DNA of 64,000 bases, from contig OZ076420.1 of the NCBI GenBank assembly GCA_964187785.1, forward strand, positions 7,502,001-7,566,000. The letters are read 5' to 3'. Each line of letters begins with the position of its first letter. The stretch's first letter is position 1. The DNA comes from Amphiscolops sp. MND2022 (Eukaryota). A model generated the notes under the pieces. It did not search any database. It was given only the letters and a program-made list of their open reading frames with translations, and was not told the DNA's origin. Positions 46,301 through 60,525 of the stretch are shown piece by piece. The translations under genes were made by a program, and so were the position numbers.

Positions 46301-49300
46301 TTTTCGTTTTTCGCAGCACAAACTTGACACCAGATGAAAGCAAAATGCTAGAGGTAGTTGTCGGCAACTCGTTTTATCTGGACATGAAAATTCGAAAGCT
46401 ATCGGACTAGAGTTTCGCGTCTTAAAAGTTAGTCAGTCAAGACATTTTCTAGTACCTGTGTTTCTTACCACAATGTTTAGACCAGAAAAAAGCATATTGC
46501 TAACGAGGTAGTTGTTGAGGATGAATTTTTCTGCACATGCAAATTCGGCAGCTATCGGACTACAGTTTTCGGTCTTCAACAACAGTCAAATGGGGCAATT
46601 GCCTGGATCCGTTTTTCGCTGCACAAACTTCACACCAGATTTAAGCAAAATGCTATAGAGGTAGTGGTCGGCAACTAGTTTTTTCTGGACATGAAAATTC
46701 CGAAGCTATCGGGCTCGATTTTTCCGTCTGAAACGTTAGTCAGTTAAGATACTTTCTTGTAACTGTCTTTCGTACCACAATTTGGAGACCAGATGAAAGC
46801 ATTTTGCTATAGAGGTAGTTGGCGGGAATGAGTGTTATCTGAACATGGAAATTCTGTAGCTATTGGACTACAGATTTCAGTCTTCAACCACAGTCAAATG
46901 GGATAAATACTTGGATCTGTTTTCCGCAGCACAATGTTGACACCAGATGACCACAAACTGCTGTAGCGATAGTTGTCGGGAATGAGTGTTCTCTGGTCAT
47001 GAAAATTCGGTAGCTATCGGACTACAGTGTTTGGTCTTCAACAACAGTCAAATGGGACAATTACTTGGAACTGTTTTTCGCAGCACAAACTTGACACCAG
47101 ATGAAAAAAAAAATGCTAGAGGTAGTTGTCGGCAACTCGTTTTATCTGGACAAGAAAATTCGAAAGCTATCGGACTAGAGTTTCGCGTCTTAAAAGTTAG
47201 TCAGTCAAGACATTTTCTAGTACCTGTGTTTCTTACCACAATGTTGAGACCAGATAAAAGCATAATGCTAAAAAAGTAGTTGTGGATTGAGTTTTTCTGG
47301 ACATGCAATTTCGGTAGCTATCGGACTACAGTTTTTTGTCTTCAACAACAGTCAGATGGGACAATTACATGGATCTGTTTTTCGCAGCACAAATGTCACA
47401 CCAGATTCAAGCAAAATGCTATAGAGGTAGTGGTCGGCAACCAATTTTTATCGGGTCATGACAATTCGGAAGCTATCGGGCTAGAATTTTCCGTCTTAAA
47501 CGCTAGTCAGTTAAGATATTTTCCTGTATCTGAGTTTCGTAACACAATTTGGAGACCAGATGAAAGCATTTTGCTATAGAGGTAGTTGTCGGGAATGAGT
47601 TTTATCTGGTCATGAAAATTCGGTAGCTATCGGACTACAGTTTTCAATCTTCAACAACAGTCAAATGGGATAATTATTTGGATCTGTTTTTCGCAGCACA
47701 ACCCTGACACCAGATGGACGCAATTTGCTGTAGCGATAGTTGTCGTGAATGAGGTTTGTCTGGTTATGCAAATTCGGTAGGTATCAGACTACAGTTTTCG
47801 GTCTTCAACAACAGTCAAATGGGACAATTACTTGGATCTGTTATTAGCAGCACAAACTTGACACCAGATGGAGGCCAAATGCTAGAGGTAGTTGTCGGCA
47901 ACTAGTTTTATCTGGACATGAAAATTCGGAAGCAATCGGGCTAGATTTTTCCGTCTTAAACGTTAGTCAGTTAGGATATTTGCCTGTATCTGTGTTTCGA
48001 ACCACAATTTGGAGTCTAGATGAAAACATTTTGCTATAGAAGTAGTTGTCGGGAATCAGTTTTATCTGAACATGAAAATTCTGTAGCTATCGGACTACAG
48101 TTTTCAGTCTCCAACAACAGTGAATTGGGATAAATACTTGGATCTGGTTTTCGCAGCACAATGTTGACACCAGATGGACACAAACTGCTGTAGCAATAGT
48201 TGTCGGGAATGAGTTTTCTCTGATCATGAAAATTCGGTAGCTATCGGACTACAGTTTTCGGTCTTCAACAACAGTCCAATGGGACAATTACTTGGAACTG
48301 TTTTTCGTTTTTCGCAGCACAAACTTGACACCAGATGAAAGCAAAATGCTAGAGGTAGTTGTCGGCAACTCGTTTTATCTGGACATGAAAATTCGAAAGC
48401 TATCGGACTAGAGTTTCGCGTCTTAAAAGTTAGTCAGTCAAGACATTTCCTAGTACCTGTGTTTCTTACCACAATGTTTAGACCAGAAAAAAGCATATTG
48501 CTAACGAGGTAGTTGTTGAGGATGAATTTTTCTGCACATGCAAATTCGGCAGCTATCGGACTACAGTTTTCGGTCTTCAACAACAGTCAAATGGGGCAAT
48601 TGCCTGGATCCGTTTTTCGCTGCACAAACTTCACACCAGATGGAAGCAAAATGCTGTAGAGGTAGTGGTGGGCAACTAGTTTTATCTGGACATGAAAATT
48701 CCGAAGCTATCGGGCTCGATTTTTCCGTCTGAAACGTTAGTCAGTTAAGATACTTTCTTGTATCTGTCTTTCGTACCACAATTTGGAGACCAGATGAAAG
48801 CATTTTGCTATAGAGGTAGTTGGCGGGAATGAGTGTTATCTGAACATGGAAATTCTGTAGCTATTGGACTACAGATTTCAGTCTTCAACCACAGTCAAAT
48901 GGGATAAATACTTGGATCTGTTTTCCGCAGCACAATGTTGACACCAGATGGACACAAACTGCTGTAGCGATAGTTGTCGGGAATGAGTGTTCTCTGGTCA
49001 TGAAAATTCGGTAGCTATCGGACTACAGTGTTTGGTCTTCAACAACAGTCAAATGGGACAATTACTTGGAACTGTTTTTCGCAGCACAAACTTGACACCA
49101 GATGAAAAAAAATGCTAGAGGTAGTTGTCGGCAACTCGTTTTATCTGGACATGAAAGTTCGAAAGCTATCGGACTAGAGTTTCGCGTCTTAAAAGTTAGT
49201 CAGTCAAGACATTTTCTAGTACCTGTGTTTCTTTACAATGTTTAGACCAGAAAAAAGCATATTGCTATCGAGGTAGTTGTTGAGGATGAATTTTTCTGCA

Positions 49301-50597
49301 CATGCAAATTCGGCAGCTATCGGACTACAGTTTTCGGTCTTCAACAACAGTCAATCGGGGCAATTGCCTGGATCCGTTTTTCGCTGCACAAACTTCACAC
49401 CAGATTTAAGCAAAATGCTATAGAGGTAGTGGTCGGCAACTAGTTTTATCTGGACATAAAAATTCCGAAGCTATCGGGCTCGATTTTTCCGTCTGAAACG
49501 TTAGTCAGTTAAGATACTTTCCTGTATCTGTCTTTCTGTTTCTGGACATGCAAATTCGGTAGCTATCGGACTACAGTTTTTTGTCTTCAACAACAGTCAG
49601 ATGGGACAATTACTTTGGATTTGTTTTTCGCAGTACAAACTTGACACCAGATGGAAGCGAAATGCTATAGAGGTAGTGGTCGGCAACTAGTTTTATCTGG
49701 ACATGAAAATTCGGAAGCTATCGGGCTAGAATTTTTTGTCCTAAACGTTAGTCAGTTAAGATATTTTCCTGTATCTGTGTTTCGTACCACAATTTGGAGA
49801 CCAGATTAAAACATTTTGCTATAGAGGTAGTTGGCGGGAATGAGTTTTATCTGAACATGGAAATTCTGTAGCTATTGGACTACAGATTTCAGTCTTCAAC
49901 CACAGTCAAATGGGATAAATACTTGGATCTGTTTTCCGCAGCACAATGTTGACACCAGATGGACACAAACTGCTGTAGCGATAGTTGTCGGGAATGAGTT
50001 TTCTCTGGTCATGAAAATTCGGTAGCTATCGGACTACAGTTTTCGGTCTACAACGACAGTCAAATGGGACAATTACTTGGATCTGTTGTTCGCAGCACAA
50101 ACTTGACACCAGATGAAAGCAAAATGGTAGAGGTAGTTGTCGGCAACTAGTTTTATCTGGACATGAAAAGTCGAAAGCTATCGGACTAGAGTTTCGCGGC
50201 TTAAACGTTAGTCAGCTAAGATATTTTCCTGTACATGTGTTTCTTACCACAATGTTGAGACCAGATAAAAGCATAATGCTAAAAAAGTAGTTGTTGGGGA
50301 TGAGTTTTTCTGAACATGCAAATTCGGTAGCTATCGGACTACAGTTTTTGTCTTCAACAACAGTCAGATGGGACAATTACTTTGGATTTGTTTTTCGCAG
50401 TACAAACTTGACACCAGATGGAAGCCAAATGCAATGGAGGTAGTTTGTCGGCAACTAGTTGTATCTGGATATTAATGTTCGGAATCTCTCGGGCTTGAGT
50501 TTTCCGTCTTAAACGTTAGTAATTAAAGATTCTTTCCAGGATCTGTGTTTCGTACCACAATTTGGAGACCAGATGAAAGCACATTGCTATAGAGGTC
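40325..50597. repeat. Satellite array, ~154-bp monomers (types A/B plus a C variant), ~66 monomers, with higher-order repeats
   Basis: agctatcgg anchors at 40397, 40549, 40703, 40857 and 41011; diagnostic variants recur at offsets of 1385 bp and ~2001 bp. Confidence 0.97.
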
Positions 50598-52330
50598 GTT
50601 GGCGCCAGTCACTTTCAAGTCGAGAAACTGGATTTTCAACGTGACCGATAAAACTTATAACTCAAAACAGCTAAAAAGTTTTGTCAATATTTTTGATGGA
50701 AAATTACAAATTTCACCAGAAATAGGGAATCCCAAACTTTGGCCACACCCCCTTTTTGAGAAGCACTTGTCCAATGACCCTGAAACTTAGAATGTTTATA
50801 CTAGAGGTGCTAACTCAATTTTGCACTCGGGACACCCAACCAAGTACCTCCCCTGTGTTCCGAGCAATTAACACCCAAAGTGACCTAGGTCGGACACCAA
50901 GAAAACTCAATTTTGATATACAGACTTTTATGTGATTATACCTTATGACCATGAATGAATTGTGACTCTGTTGAAAGTAATGATTTTACATTGTGTAACC
51001 ATACTCTCTTTCCCACCTAACAACCATGCCAAAACCACCAAATAGTTTGTTTACATAGCCAATAAGTTCATATCATGCTTTGAATGTCATTATTTATACT
51101 TCATACTTTGACTTATTTTTACTGTAGAATTGTAAACAAGATGTATACCTTTACTAGATAGGCACAAATTGATTGGAAAGATGTATTAAAGTCGGGTTTT
51201 AGGTTCTATTCTCAATTCATTTCTTCACCTCTTTTCGCCTTTTCGCCAACGAACTAGGGCCTTTAAATTACTTACTCTCTATACTCTCTACTTGTGGAGA
51301 GTTGGGCGTGATAAGACACAAGGAAGAAATGCAATTCGGGACCATTGGATCCTAATAAGTCAAGATACAGTCCTTTTAATCTACGAAGCAAGCAGTGTTG
51401 GGTAACGATCCGCAGTGCCGAGCACCGAATTCAGGGCGGCGTAAAGTTTGGTCAATTGAAGGGCTCAAACAACGGTTAAATTAGGTTCGCCTACCCGGAC
51501 ACCATCAGTTTGTGGCGGACATCGTCACATAGGGCGGACCTCAACAATTGGAGTGGAAATCAATCTGGGTGGACACTGCAAGAGGGACGTCGTCTTCCTT
51601 GTGTGTGTATAACTTTTGCGGTGGAAGACACGTGAGCAGTTAGAGTCATCGAAAAGTTAGGGTGACACAAAATCTAGATGTTCAAATGACACGGAGCTTG
51701 AAAAGAGCTTCCGTGCTGGTTTCTGTGGCAAACCAGAGTTGGAAGGACAACCCTAATTTGGGAACCTTTTTAACCAAGAAGTGGCAACGGGTGATCCTGT
51801 TCACACATTAATCCAAAAGTTTTGCAAGAGTTGTCGCATCCGAACGGAATCGCGACAAGTAGTTGAAACGTCTATTCATGAACAAAAAGAACTGTGGAGA
51901 CAAGGTCTACAGTTGGTGATTGGAACTCTGGAAAGTGTACACTGGGGCTTTGGCATTGTACTGTTGGGCGATTTGGAACTGGATTGGTTGTGTGCTCTGG
52001 GAGTTGGGCTTTAGCAGCACTCTGGAGGCAATTGTGCTTCAATTCCAATTTGTGACGAATTGTATCCTTGGGAAACGTTTTCCTAATTGAAATCAAAGGT
52101 TTGAAGTAAGACGTCGCTGCAAGTATATCCACCAAGTAAGGTAAAGGGATCGAGTAAAGGGATCGAAACAATCAAGTTCGTCAAAGAAGGCAAGCATAAT
52201 TGACATTTGTGTTGATTCTTCGTGATTTGGCAACAGATTATCGATTGAGCAATTGACACTTCAGATTTAACATTTTGCGGAATTTGCAAAAAGTAATCAA
52301 CTCGACAAGAAACTATTGTGTAGTCAAAAA
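50598..52330 (+). mobile_element. BEL/Pao-derived relic (copy D): RNase H end, conserved block, then a degenerate gag/protease-like region
   Basis: 50600-51250 aligns with 59150-59750; 51310-51470 is the reverse complement of 60530-60670 and 26060-26230. Confidence 0.55.
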
Positions 52331-52676
52331 GCCCTCAGTTAAAGAACAAACTGAAATCTGAACAAATGAAAGCCACAAAGAAAGAAACGCTCGAGGTACA
52401 GCATCCTCGAATAACAATTGTGTTTGATCAAAGAAACACAAAGCAAAGCCAAGAACGGTTGGAACTCAGATCAAAAGATTTGAGGAATGGGTCAGATTGG
52501 TGTGTGGCGCTCTATCTGGATATTGTACCCACACTTGTTCAAAGGATCTATTCTTTGATTGAAGACTTGGATGACAAGCTTGACGAGCAAGAAGGTATTC
52601 TTTGTAAAAGAAAAATGAATGATTGGGTAAGCATTGTTGTATAAAAACCAAACTTATTAAATAGTTTCATATCAAT

Positions 52677-53543
52677 ATGCCTACGACTCGAAGCAGACTG
52701 GCCTCGAAACAAGATGACTCCTGCAAAATTTGCAACAAAACTGAAGGGGAAAACTGGATCCAATGCGAGGGTTGCGAGATGTGGGTTCACAGCGCCTGCA
52801 TGGGGTACAGCAAGGATGAGTACATCTTCCTTGGCAAATCGAAAAACATCCATTTCCTCTGCGATAATTGCCCACTTCTAACAATATCGACGAGAGAAAT
52901 TGCTGAAGATGTGGCCAAACTAACCAAATCTATCGAAAGCGTGAAGAAAACCCTGTGTGAGATGGCATCCGCACCCCAAGCGACAACCGAGTCGACATCA
53001 ACTGATAAAGATAAGTATCCCCCCTCTAGACCCTATTTACGAAGTTTTGAATTAGAAGTTCGACTTAGCGGCCTACTTGAAATGAAAGCTTCTATAAAAG
53101 AAATACAAAATGAAAAAGGCGAAAAAGTTCTCATGAAACCTGATCGAAAAGAAATTTTTGAACACGAAGAAAACCTTATTTATGATGTTGTGAACCACTT
53201 GGGAGTAGACAAAAATGAAATATCGGGCTTTCACCGGCTCGGAAAATATGACAAGAACTCAACGAGATCTAGGCAAATGCTTGTGAAGTTCAAGAACAGT
53301 TATAATGTTGACAAGTTATTAGCTCGTGCATCAATGCTGAAAATGTATGAACCCGAGCACATGGATGAAAAATACAAAGTTTATATATCAAAGTCACTGG
53401 ATAAAGAACAGCAGTTAATGGATCAAAAGCTATTGAAAAAGAGAAGAGAATTGATTGACAAGGAAAATTACCATCCAAGAGACATTTCGATTCGAAACGG
53501 AGTGTTGTATTTGAATCACAAACCCGTCAAAGTTGAAGCCTGA
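52677..53543 (+). CDS. CR1-clade LINE ORF1 with PHD finger, 288 aa, open
   Basis: CKICNKTEGENWIQCEGCEMWVHSACMG...LCDNC (C4HC3); RRM-like HRLGK..RQMLVKF; followed directly by ORF2. Confidence 0.85.
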   Translation: MPTTRSRLASKQDDSCKICNKTEGENWIQCEGCEMWVHSACMGYSKDEYIFLGKSKNIHFLCDNCPLLTISTREIAEDVAKLTKSIESVKKTLCEMASAPQATTESTSTDKDKYPPSRPYLRSFELEVRLSGLLEMKASIKEIQNEKGEKVLMKPDRKEIFEHEENLIYDVVNHLGVDKNEISGFHRLGKYDKNSTRSRQMLVKFKNSYNVDKLLARASMLKMYEPEHMDEKYKVYISKSLDKEQQLMDQKLLKKRRELIDKENYHPRDISIRNGVLYLNHKPVKVEA

Positions 53544-55891
53544 CAGATTGATTTAACCACAGAATTCAGAGTCTTTTGTTACAATATCAGAAGCTTATTC
53601 AAAGATAAGCGACGGAAATTTTTTGCGAATTATCTTTTAACGAAAAAATACAACAATATTTGTCTTTGCGAAACATGGCTAACTGATGCTATTACAGCAG
53701 GTGAACTCTTTCTCCCAGACTTGGAAAGGGAGTTTATAGATTATATCGACTCAATGGGATTTCAACAAAAAATTGGCTAGCGGCATTTTGGACCTACTTT
53801 TGGTCACCAAAACAATCCGCATTGTTGATATAGAAAAAATCAATGATTGTCTAACGAAAAATAAGTTCTCGAATCATAGTCCTTTCGAATTTCTTTTCAA
53901 TGTCGACAACGGTTCGAATATACAAAGACCAAACCCGAAAAAAAATACACTTAGCTTTTGCAATGGAGATTACCGGAGTCTTTCAAAATTCATCATCGAA
54001 AATAGATTTAACAGCTTTTGCTGGTCAAATCCCAACAAATTAGTGGAACTTTGGTATCATTGGATACAATCTGCAATACGAAAATTTATTCCGAAAAGAA
54101 CCCAACATAGAGCCTCTCTACCGCCTTGGATATCGAAAGACACCTCAAATAAAATTTTGCGTCTCAGAGCCATCCAGAGAAAACTCGAAAATACAAATTC
54201 AAAAGTTCGCGACATCATTCAACAGGTGGAAGCTGCTGCAGAAGCGGACAAAGTTATCTTTGAAAAAAAACTAGCTGAAGGCAGAAGTACAACTGCGTTA
54301 TTCAAATATTTCAGCGCATTCCGCAAAGAAAATTTCCCCAGAAACATGACGTATGGAGAGACATCAGCTGCAAATGATCTACAGAAAGCAAATCTTTTTG
54401 CAAAATTCTTCGCTTCGGTGTTTATCAAATCCTCTGAGTTCAATATTTCACTACATTCTGCCACATGTTCTTCCACCTTAGAGACTATTGAAATATCTGA
54501 AAAAGATGTTATCACTATATGTAAAGACTTAAATACCAACAAAAGCAAAGGTTTGGATAACCTGCCCCCAATTCTTTTCAAAAAAACTTGTTTATCTATC
54601 CCTCATTCTCTGTGTCAAATCTATCGGGAAATTATGCAAACAGGAGTCTTCCCTGACGATTGGAAAAAGGCAGTCGTTGTTCCTCTGTTCAAAAAAGGAA
54701 ACAAATCACAAGTTGTTAACTATCGACCTGTATCACTACTAAATATTCCTGGGAAAATTTTTGAAACCCTGATTTTCAAAAAGTTGTATACATTTTGTTC
54801 TCCCTTTCTAAATGATTCACAGTTTGGTTTCCGGAAAAACCGATCAACAGTTACTCAACTGATAACTTTTTTTCAAAAAATATATGAAGGGATTGCAACA
54901 AATAGCGATATTGATGTTATTTTCACAGACTTCAGTAAAGCCTTCGACAAAGTAGACCAAGGATTACTCTTACAGAAAATCTACAATATGGGTATTCGAG
55001 GAAAGCTCTTTCAAGTGATCAAATCTTTTGTAGTTGGACGTCGACAACAAATCCGTGTAGGGGATTCTCTCTCAAAAGAATTTCTCGCGACTAGTGGAGT
55101 GCCACAAGGCAGCATTCTAAGTCCCCTTCTATTAATTCTTATGCGTTGGACTAGACACAAAAGCTATCCAAAACGACCTAAACAACATCTTCAATTGGAC
55201 TTTATCAAACGAGATGCCTTTCATCATGGAAAAATGTGCACACATCGCAATACCAAATAAAAACAAAGAATTATTTTTTGGAAATGCTCGCATAGAACCT
55301 GCCCTAACTCAACCTGATCTAGGTCTTTATTTTTCCAGCGATTTGAAATGGAACTTACATATTGACAAGGTCTGTGGTAAAGCGAACCAAATATTCCAAA
55401 TGATTAAGAGAAACGTGTCCCTTATTTCGTCCAGTGCAAAACTAAATTTATACAAATCGATGATTGTCCCCATTCTTGTATATGGTAGTCCATGTTATGG
55501 CCTCAGCAAGTATGACATCTCTCAACTAGAAAACACGCAAAAAAGAATAGTCAAGTGGAATATCCCTAGAAAAGAACCGTACAAGGAAAAACTGGAAAAA
55601 TTGTCGATCTTACCTCTACCAATGTATATCCAAATCAACAACCTACTGCTACTATCAAAAATACTGGGCGGACGCTATGACTCCCAAAACCTTCAAATAC
55701 CCATCGTATCTTCTTTCTCGCGTTTCTCTCTGTTTCAGCTGGATAGACCAAAGAATAAAACACTGGAAAACGACTTCTTCTACCAAACTTGCAGACTCTC
55801 AGACTTTCTAAGGCTGGATATTACTGACCAAACAAATTTGAAGAAGAAACTCATAACTCTTTTTTTGGCAGAATTTCAACAACTTCACTGA
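53544..55891 (+). pseudogene. CR1 ORF2 (APE endonuclease plus RT) with internal deletions
   Basis: CYNIRS, CETWL, ILDLLL (APE, middle missing near 53720); NYRPVSLL, QFGFR, DFSKAFDKV, SGVPQGSILSP; the YADD region is absent and the frame shifts near 55140-55215. Confidence 0.88.
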
Positions 55892-55959
55892 ATCTGACAA
55901 GTGTACCTGGAAAATGACATGTGATTGCACAATGAACAACTGTAGAAGCAAAACGAACA

Positions 55960-58900
55960 TCTAGAACATGACAACTGTGGGGACGTAGTCCCTTGTGTTT
56001 ATCAACACTAAATCCATTCTACTACTACTACATAACGTAGATCTCATTTTGGACCTCTCGAACGGAGAAACGCAAAGACGGCTCAGTCGAAGTGTGACTG
56101 AATGGGAAGAATTCTTTGCACAATTAGAAGTAAGCTGGGGACACTGGTTCCCTGATGTGAAGACAACGTTGAAGGGTCCACAAGATGAGACAAACAAAAC
56201 TAAACTTCGCCAAGTGACAAGTGAAGCCTCCACAAACGCAGCAACGAGATGCCGTCACACAAGGAAGCTAAAGCAAAGTAGCTTCAATCCAACAAAACGC
56301 AATTGCTCAGTAGAAGCAACCAGTCAACAACAATCACTGGCATTGTCAAACAGGGTAACTGATGAACAATGACGGGTTGTTGGAGCATCTAAACCCTGTG
56401 ATATGAAATCAGTGATTTGAAAGTGATACTCAAAGAAAACGACAACAGGTCAGTCAAAGCAGCCTCGAAGAGCAACAGAACAACCGTTAGTTCTAAGTCA
56501 TGAAATGCAAGACATATACTTCTTCTAGAATTGGATGCAATGAAGAAACAAGATGAAATTGATGAACAACTAGCTGCTAAGAAACAAGAGGATATTCTAA
56601 TGAGGATACTCGCGAAAGAACTCGAAATTGCTAATCTCGAAAAGAAAGCGCGAGGAATAAAGAATATGCCAACCAAGAAATAGAATTAGTGGAAATGGGA
56701 TTGAGTTAAAAATGAGACAACAGCAGAAAGTGACGGTGCAATTGCAACCATGCGAAGGTCCGCGGAATTGTTATCAGACCTCCAAGGTATCCTCGACCTC
56801 AAAAAAGCATCCTACAGGGACTGAACTGCGTGAGACAGGGAAAACTCCCACTCTCAGAAGGGCATTAACGTAGTGAGTGGCAAAACGTCGCACCTGAGAA
56901 GCAACAAAGAACTCTGTTTTGGATTGATTCAAAGAGCACTGTTGGATCACATTAGCGCTTGAACCATGAAAGTGTTGAAATTAGTTCAACAATGACAACT
57001 ATGAAGCAAACTCGAACAAGGCAAACTTCGAATAAAGAAAATTCAAGTGATCGCAAGGAATCGCAGAAAACAAAAGACGAACTAATGGGCAAGCAAGCAG
57101 AAATGGCTTTGCTCAAAGCTCTTGACGGGACAACAAAAGGAACGTGCACAATGAAGAAAAAGAAATCTGAGCAGACCAAGTTTTCAAACCAGTTTCCAAA
57201 TTATTGTAAGTTGCAAGAAAAAATTGTCAAACGTGAAGCAGATGAGGACTCAAATATAACTAATGCCGAAGGCGAGGCAAACAAAGAAAAATCGAAGCAT
57301 TCTCACAGCAGAGTGGATGTGGAACTGGCCAAGAACTTCCGTTGAAGACGTTGGCTGGCAAGACTTCCGTTCAGAAAGTCATTTCGTGGTTACCACACAA
57401 GTTTTGGAAGACGCAATTCACTTGGTCATGAGTGAGCGCTTAGTAATGCGAACAGAGGAGAACTTGAATTTAATAAAGACAGAAATGAGGCAAGAGCATA
57501 GAAGGTTACCATTCGCATCTAGCAAACAAACTTCAGAAGAATTGAGTGTGCAAGTTGAACTGCTGCAAGAGAGTGCAGAAGTTTCCATCGTACTACAGCA
57601 CGTACAACATGGGAAAATGTTCCCAGTGACAATGTTCTATGTTGGTAATCTACTCCCTGAAGAAGGAAACAAATGGTTTGACTTGGACAAAAGTTATGGA
57701 TATGTGCACTGCATGAAAGTTTGATTGAATTAGCCATGTATCAAAAATTATGCCACGTTGCAATGAAACTTACCAAAGCCGTGGGAGGCAATGCCAAAAG
57801 TGAAACACAAGTCATGATTTCACCCTTTCGAAAGAAATCTGATTTTCAGTTCAATGTAAGCCTTGTTGAAGAAGCTATTCCAAGTGATAGTACTGTATGG
57901 AACCATTGGACTGGTATTGGAAACTCTGGGGTGGACGCAGTGGCCCAGGCTAAGGGCATTGACGAAACTCAATTGAGCAACGTCCACCGCAAGCGACCGA
58001 AGAAAAGAACTTGGAAGATTGAACCAACATCGCACCTGCAACATCAAATGGATCACAAGATGACACATTTTGGCTACGTGAGTTCAGAGACAACTCATCA
58101 GTGACAAGAACGCATATTTGTTCATTGAAAGTACCATAAACAGCAGGTTGTAGCAATGGGTCTTGCAATGGGTCGGCTGCAGCGATCAAGACAATATGGA
58201 CTCTGTATGAGTCGTTTGGTGAATTGGAAGTGTCTGATGATCTTTTGGAGACTGATAGAAACACAGATGATAAGAAGTTGGAGTTTTCTGATGAAAGATG
58301 CCCTGTGACGCTCTACAAACAGAAGCGGAAGAGAAAGTCCACAGCATAGCGTTTACTCGGCGAAAACTCGGATGTAGCAGCAGAAAACGACGTGTCGAAA
58401 AGCAAAACATAGCCCAGCGATTGAATTCAAAGCACAAATTTTTCCTATTGGGTGCATGAAAAACATTAATAACAAAAGCAAGAACTTCAGTCGTCGTAAT
58501 GTGGAAAAGTTTCTTTACCTATTGATTATGATTATGAATGATTCAACGACCTTTCAAGAAAGCTGATCCAAAACAAGGTTATGAGAATATTAGAAAACGA
58601 ATTCCGTTTCACAAATTTTTCCCGCGGTCAGTCTAATTTGATGATGAAATGTGTAGCAGTGCAAGCATTGAGAAACTGGTTGGAGATATTTTCGACTTAC
58701 CTGGAAATCGACTTTTCGGATGATGAAGTAATTATGGAAGCTGAGTTAAATGAACTGTAGCATATATGTGTCATACCTTTTAAAGGTTTTAGAAGAAAGG
58801 CAACTGATTGAACTCAGTGAATGCCGGACGTTGATGATGAAGTTTGTGATAGTTGGAGAAACTATGACTTCAAAGGTGAAAACAGTTTTCCGAAAATATT

Positions 58901-59756
58901 TTGTTGTGTTATGTGAATATTCGGGAAACAACCTCATGGTCATCGAACTGGATTATGGGCTGTACACTCATTGCAGCAGAGAGAAAACATAACAAACAAC
59001 TGACAAAGATGACAATGAAACTGGATCTCTCAGAAATACAACGACGATTGATGGCCAACTCAAAAGATCAGTAGTGAAACTGGCACCCTTGTTCTACGAA
59101 AGTGTTTTTCGGGTGAAAACCAGGGTCGGCAATGTTGGCGGCAGTCTCTTGCAAAGCGAGAAACTGGATTTTGAACGTGACTGATGAAAGTTAAAACTCA
59201 AAACACTTAGAAAATTTTGTTTCACCAGAAATAGGGCATCCCAAATTTGGACATCCCCCCTTTTTTTAGAAGAACTTGCCTAATGACCGTGAAACTTAGC
59301 ATGTATATACGAGAGGTGCTAACTGAACTTTTTATTCATACAGCCAACCCCGTACCTCCCCTGGGTTCCGAGCAATTACCACCCACAGTGACCTAGGTCG
59401 GACCCCATGAAAACTCAATTTTGATATACAAATTGTTATGTGATTCTACCTTATGACCTTCAAGGAAATGTGACTCTGTTGAACTTATTGATATTTACAC
59501 TGTGTAAACCTACTTTCTAATCAACCTAACAACTATGCCAAATCAATCAAGAAGTTTGTATACATAGCCAAAAACTTCAAATCATGCCTAAAATGTCATT
59601 GGTTTATACTTCATATTTTGACTTATATCTACTGTAGAATGGGTAAATGAGATGTACACCAATACTAGATATGCACAAATTGATTAGAAAGATGTATTAA
59701 AAGTTGGTTTAAGGACCACTTCTATAATCTTTTCATTTCTTCACCTCTCTTCGCCA
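55960..59756 (+). mobile_element. Degenerate BEL/Pao relic (copy B), left arm of the inverted duplication
   Basis: Gag coil SVKAASKSNRTTVSSKS*NARHILLLELDAMKKQDEIDEQLAAKKQ; protease-region HFGYVSS; RNase H-like F.GKTRV; many stops. Confidence 0.7.
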
Positions 59757-60525
59757 AACATTGTGGTTCGAAACAAACGTACTGACAAATGTCTCAGTTA
59801 GCTAAAGTTAAAGGCGGTAAACTCTAGTCAAACAGCTTCTGATTTTTCATTTCTACAAAAAACAGGTTGCTGAATAGTACTTCTATAACTGTCTGCTTCA
59901 ATCTGAGGTCACGTTTATGCATCAAAACACAGATCTAAGTAAATATCCCATGTAGCTGTTGTTGAAGACATGAAACTGTAGTCCGGTAGCTACCGAACTT
60001 TCATGTACAGATAAAACTAATTCCCGGCAATTACGGCTAGAGCAATTTGCTTCTTTCAGGTGTCAAATTGGTGCTGCGAAAAGCAGATCCAAGTAATTAT
60101 CCCATCTGACTGTCGTTGAAGACCGAAAACCGTAGTCCGATTGCTACCAAATTTTCATGTCCAGATAAAACTGATTCACGGCATCTTCCTCTATGGCAAT
60201 ATGTTTTCATCTGGTCTCCAAATTGTGGTACGAAACACAGATCCTGGAAAATATCCTACAGACTTACGTTTAAAACGGAAACATCTAGCCCGATAGTTAT
60301 CGAATTTTAATGTCCAGATAAAACTAATTCCCGGCAACTACCTCTATAGCAATTCACTTCCATCTGGATCTGGAGTCAAGTTTGTGCTGCGAAAACCAAA
60401 TCCAAGTAATTATATTTTCTGACCGTTGTTGAAGACCGAAAACTGTAGTCCGATAGCTACCGAAATTTCATGATCAGATAAAACGGATTCCCGGCAACTA
60501 CCTCTTTAACGACTGCCTGATCTAT
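59757..60525 (-). repeat. ~5 monomers of the 154-bp satellite in inverted orientation
   Basis: Reverse complement of the 40-50 kb monomers (e.g. aaaactgtagtccgatagctaccgaa, tgctgcgaaaa, tccagataaaacta). Confidence 0.92.

Noticed and set aside
40325-50597. CRISPR-like array or repetitive coding gene
   Set aside because: The whole monomer is repeated with no unique spacers, there are no cas genes, the context is eukaryotic, and the short ORFs are incidental with frequent stops.
57880-57965. WNHWTGIGNSGVDAVAQAKG resembling an RNase H WxxxHxGxxGNxxAD motif
   Set aside because: Its position between gag and the FGYVSS protease-region motif fits a frameshifted BEL protease region; the similarity is probably chance.
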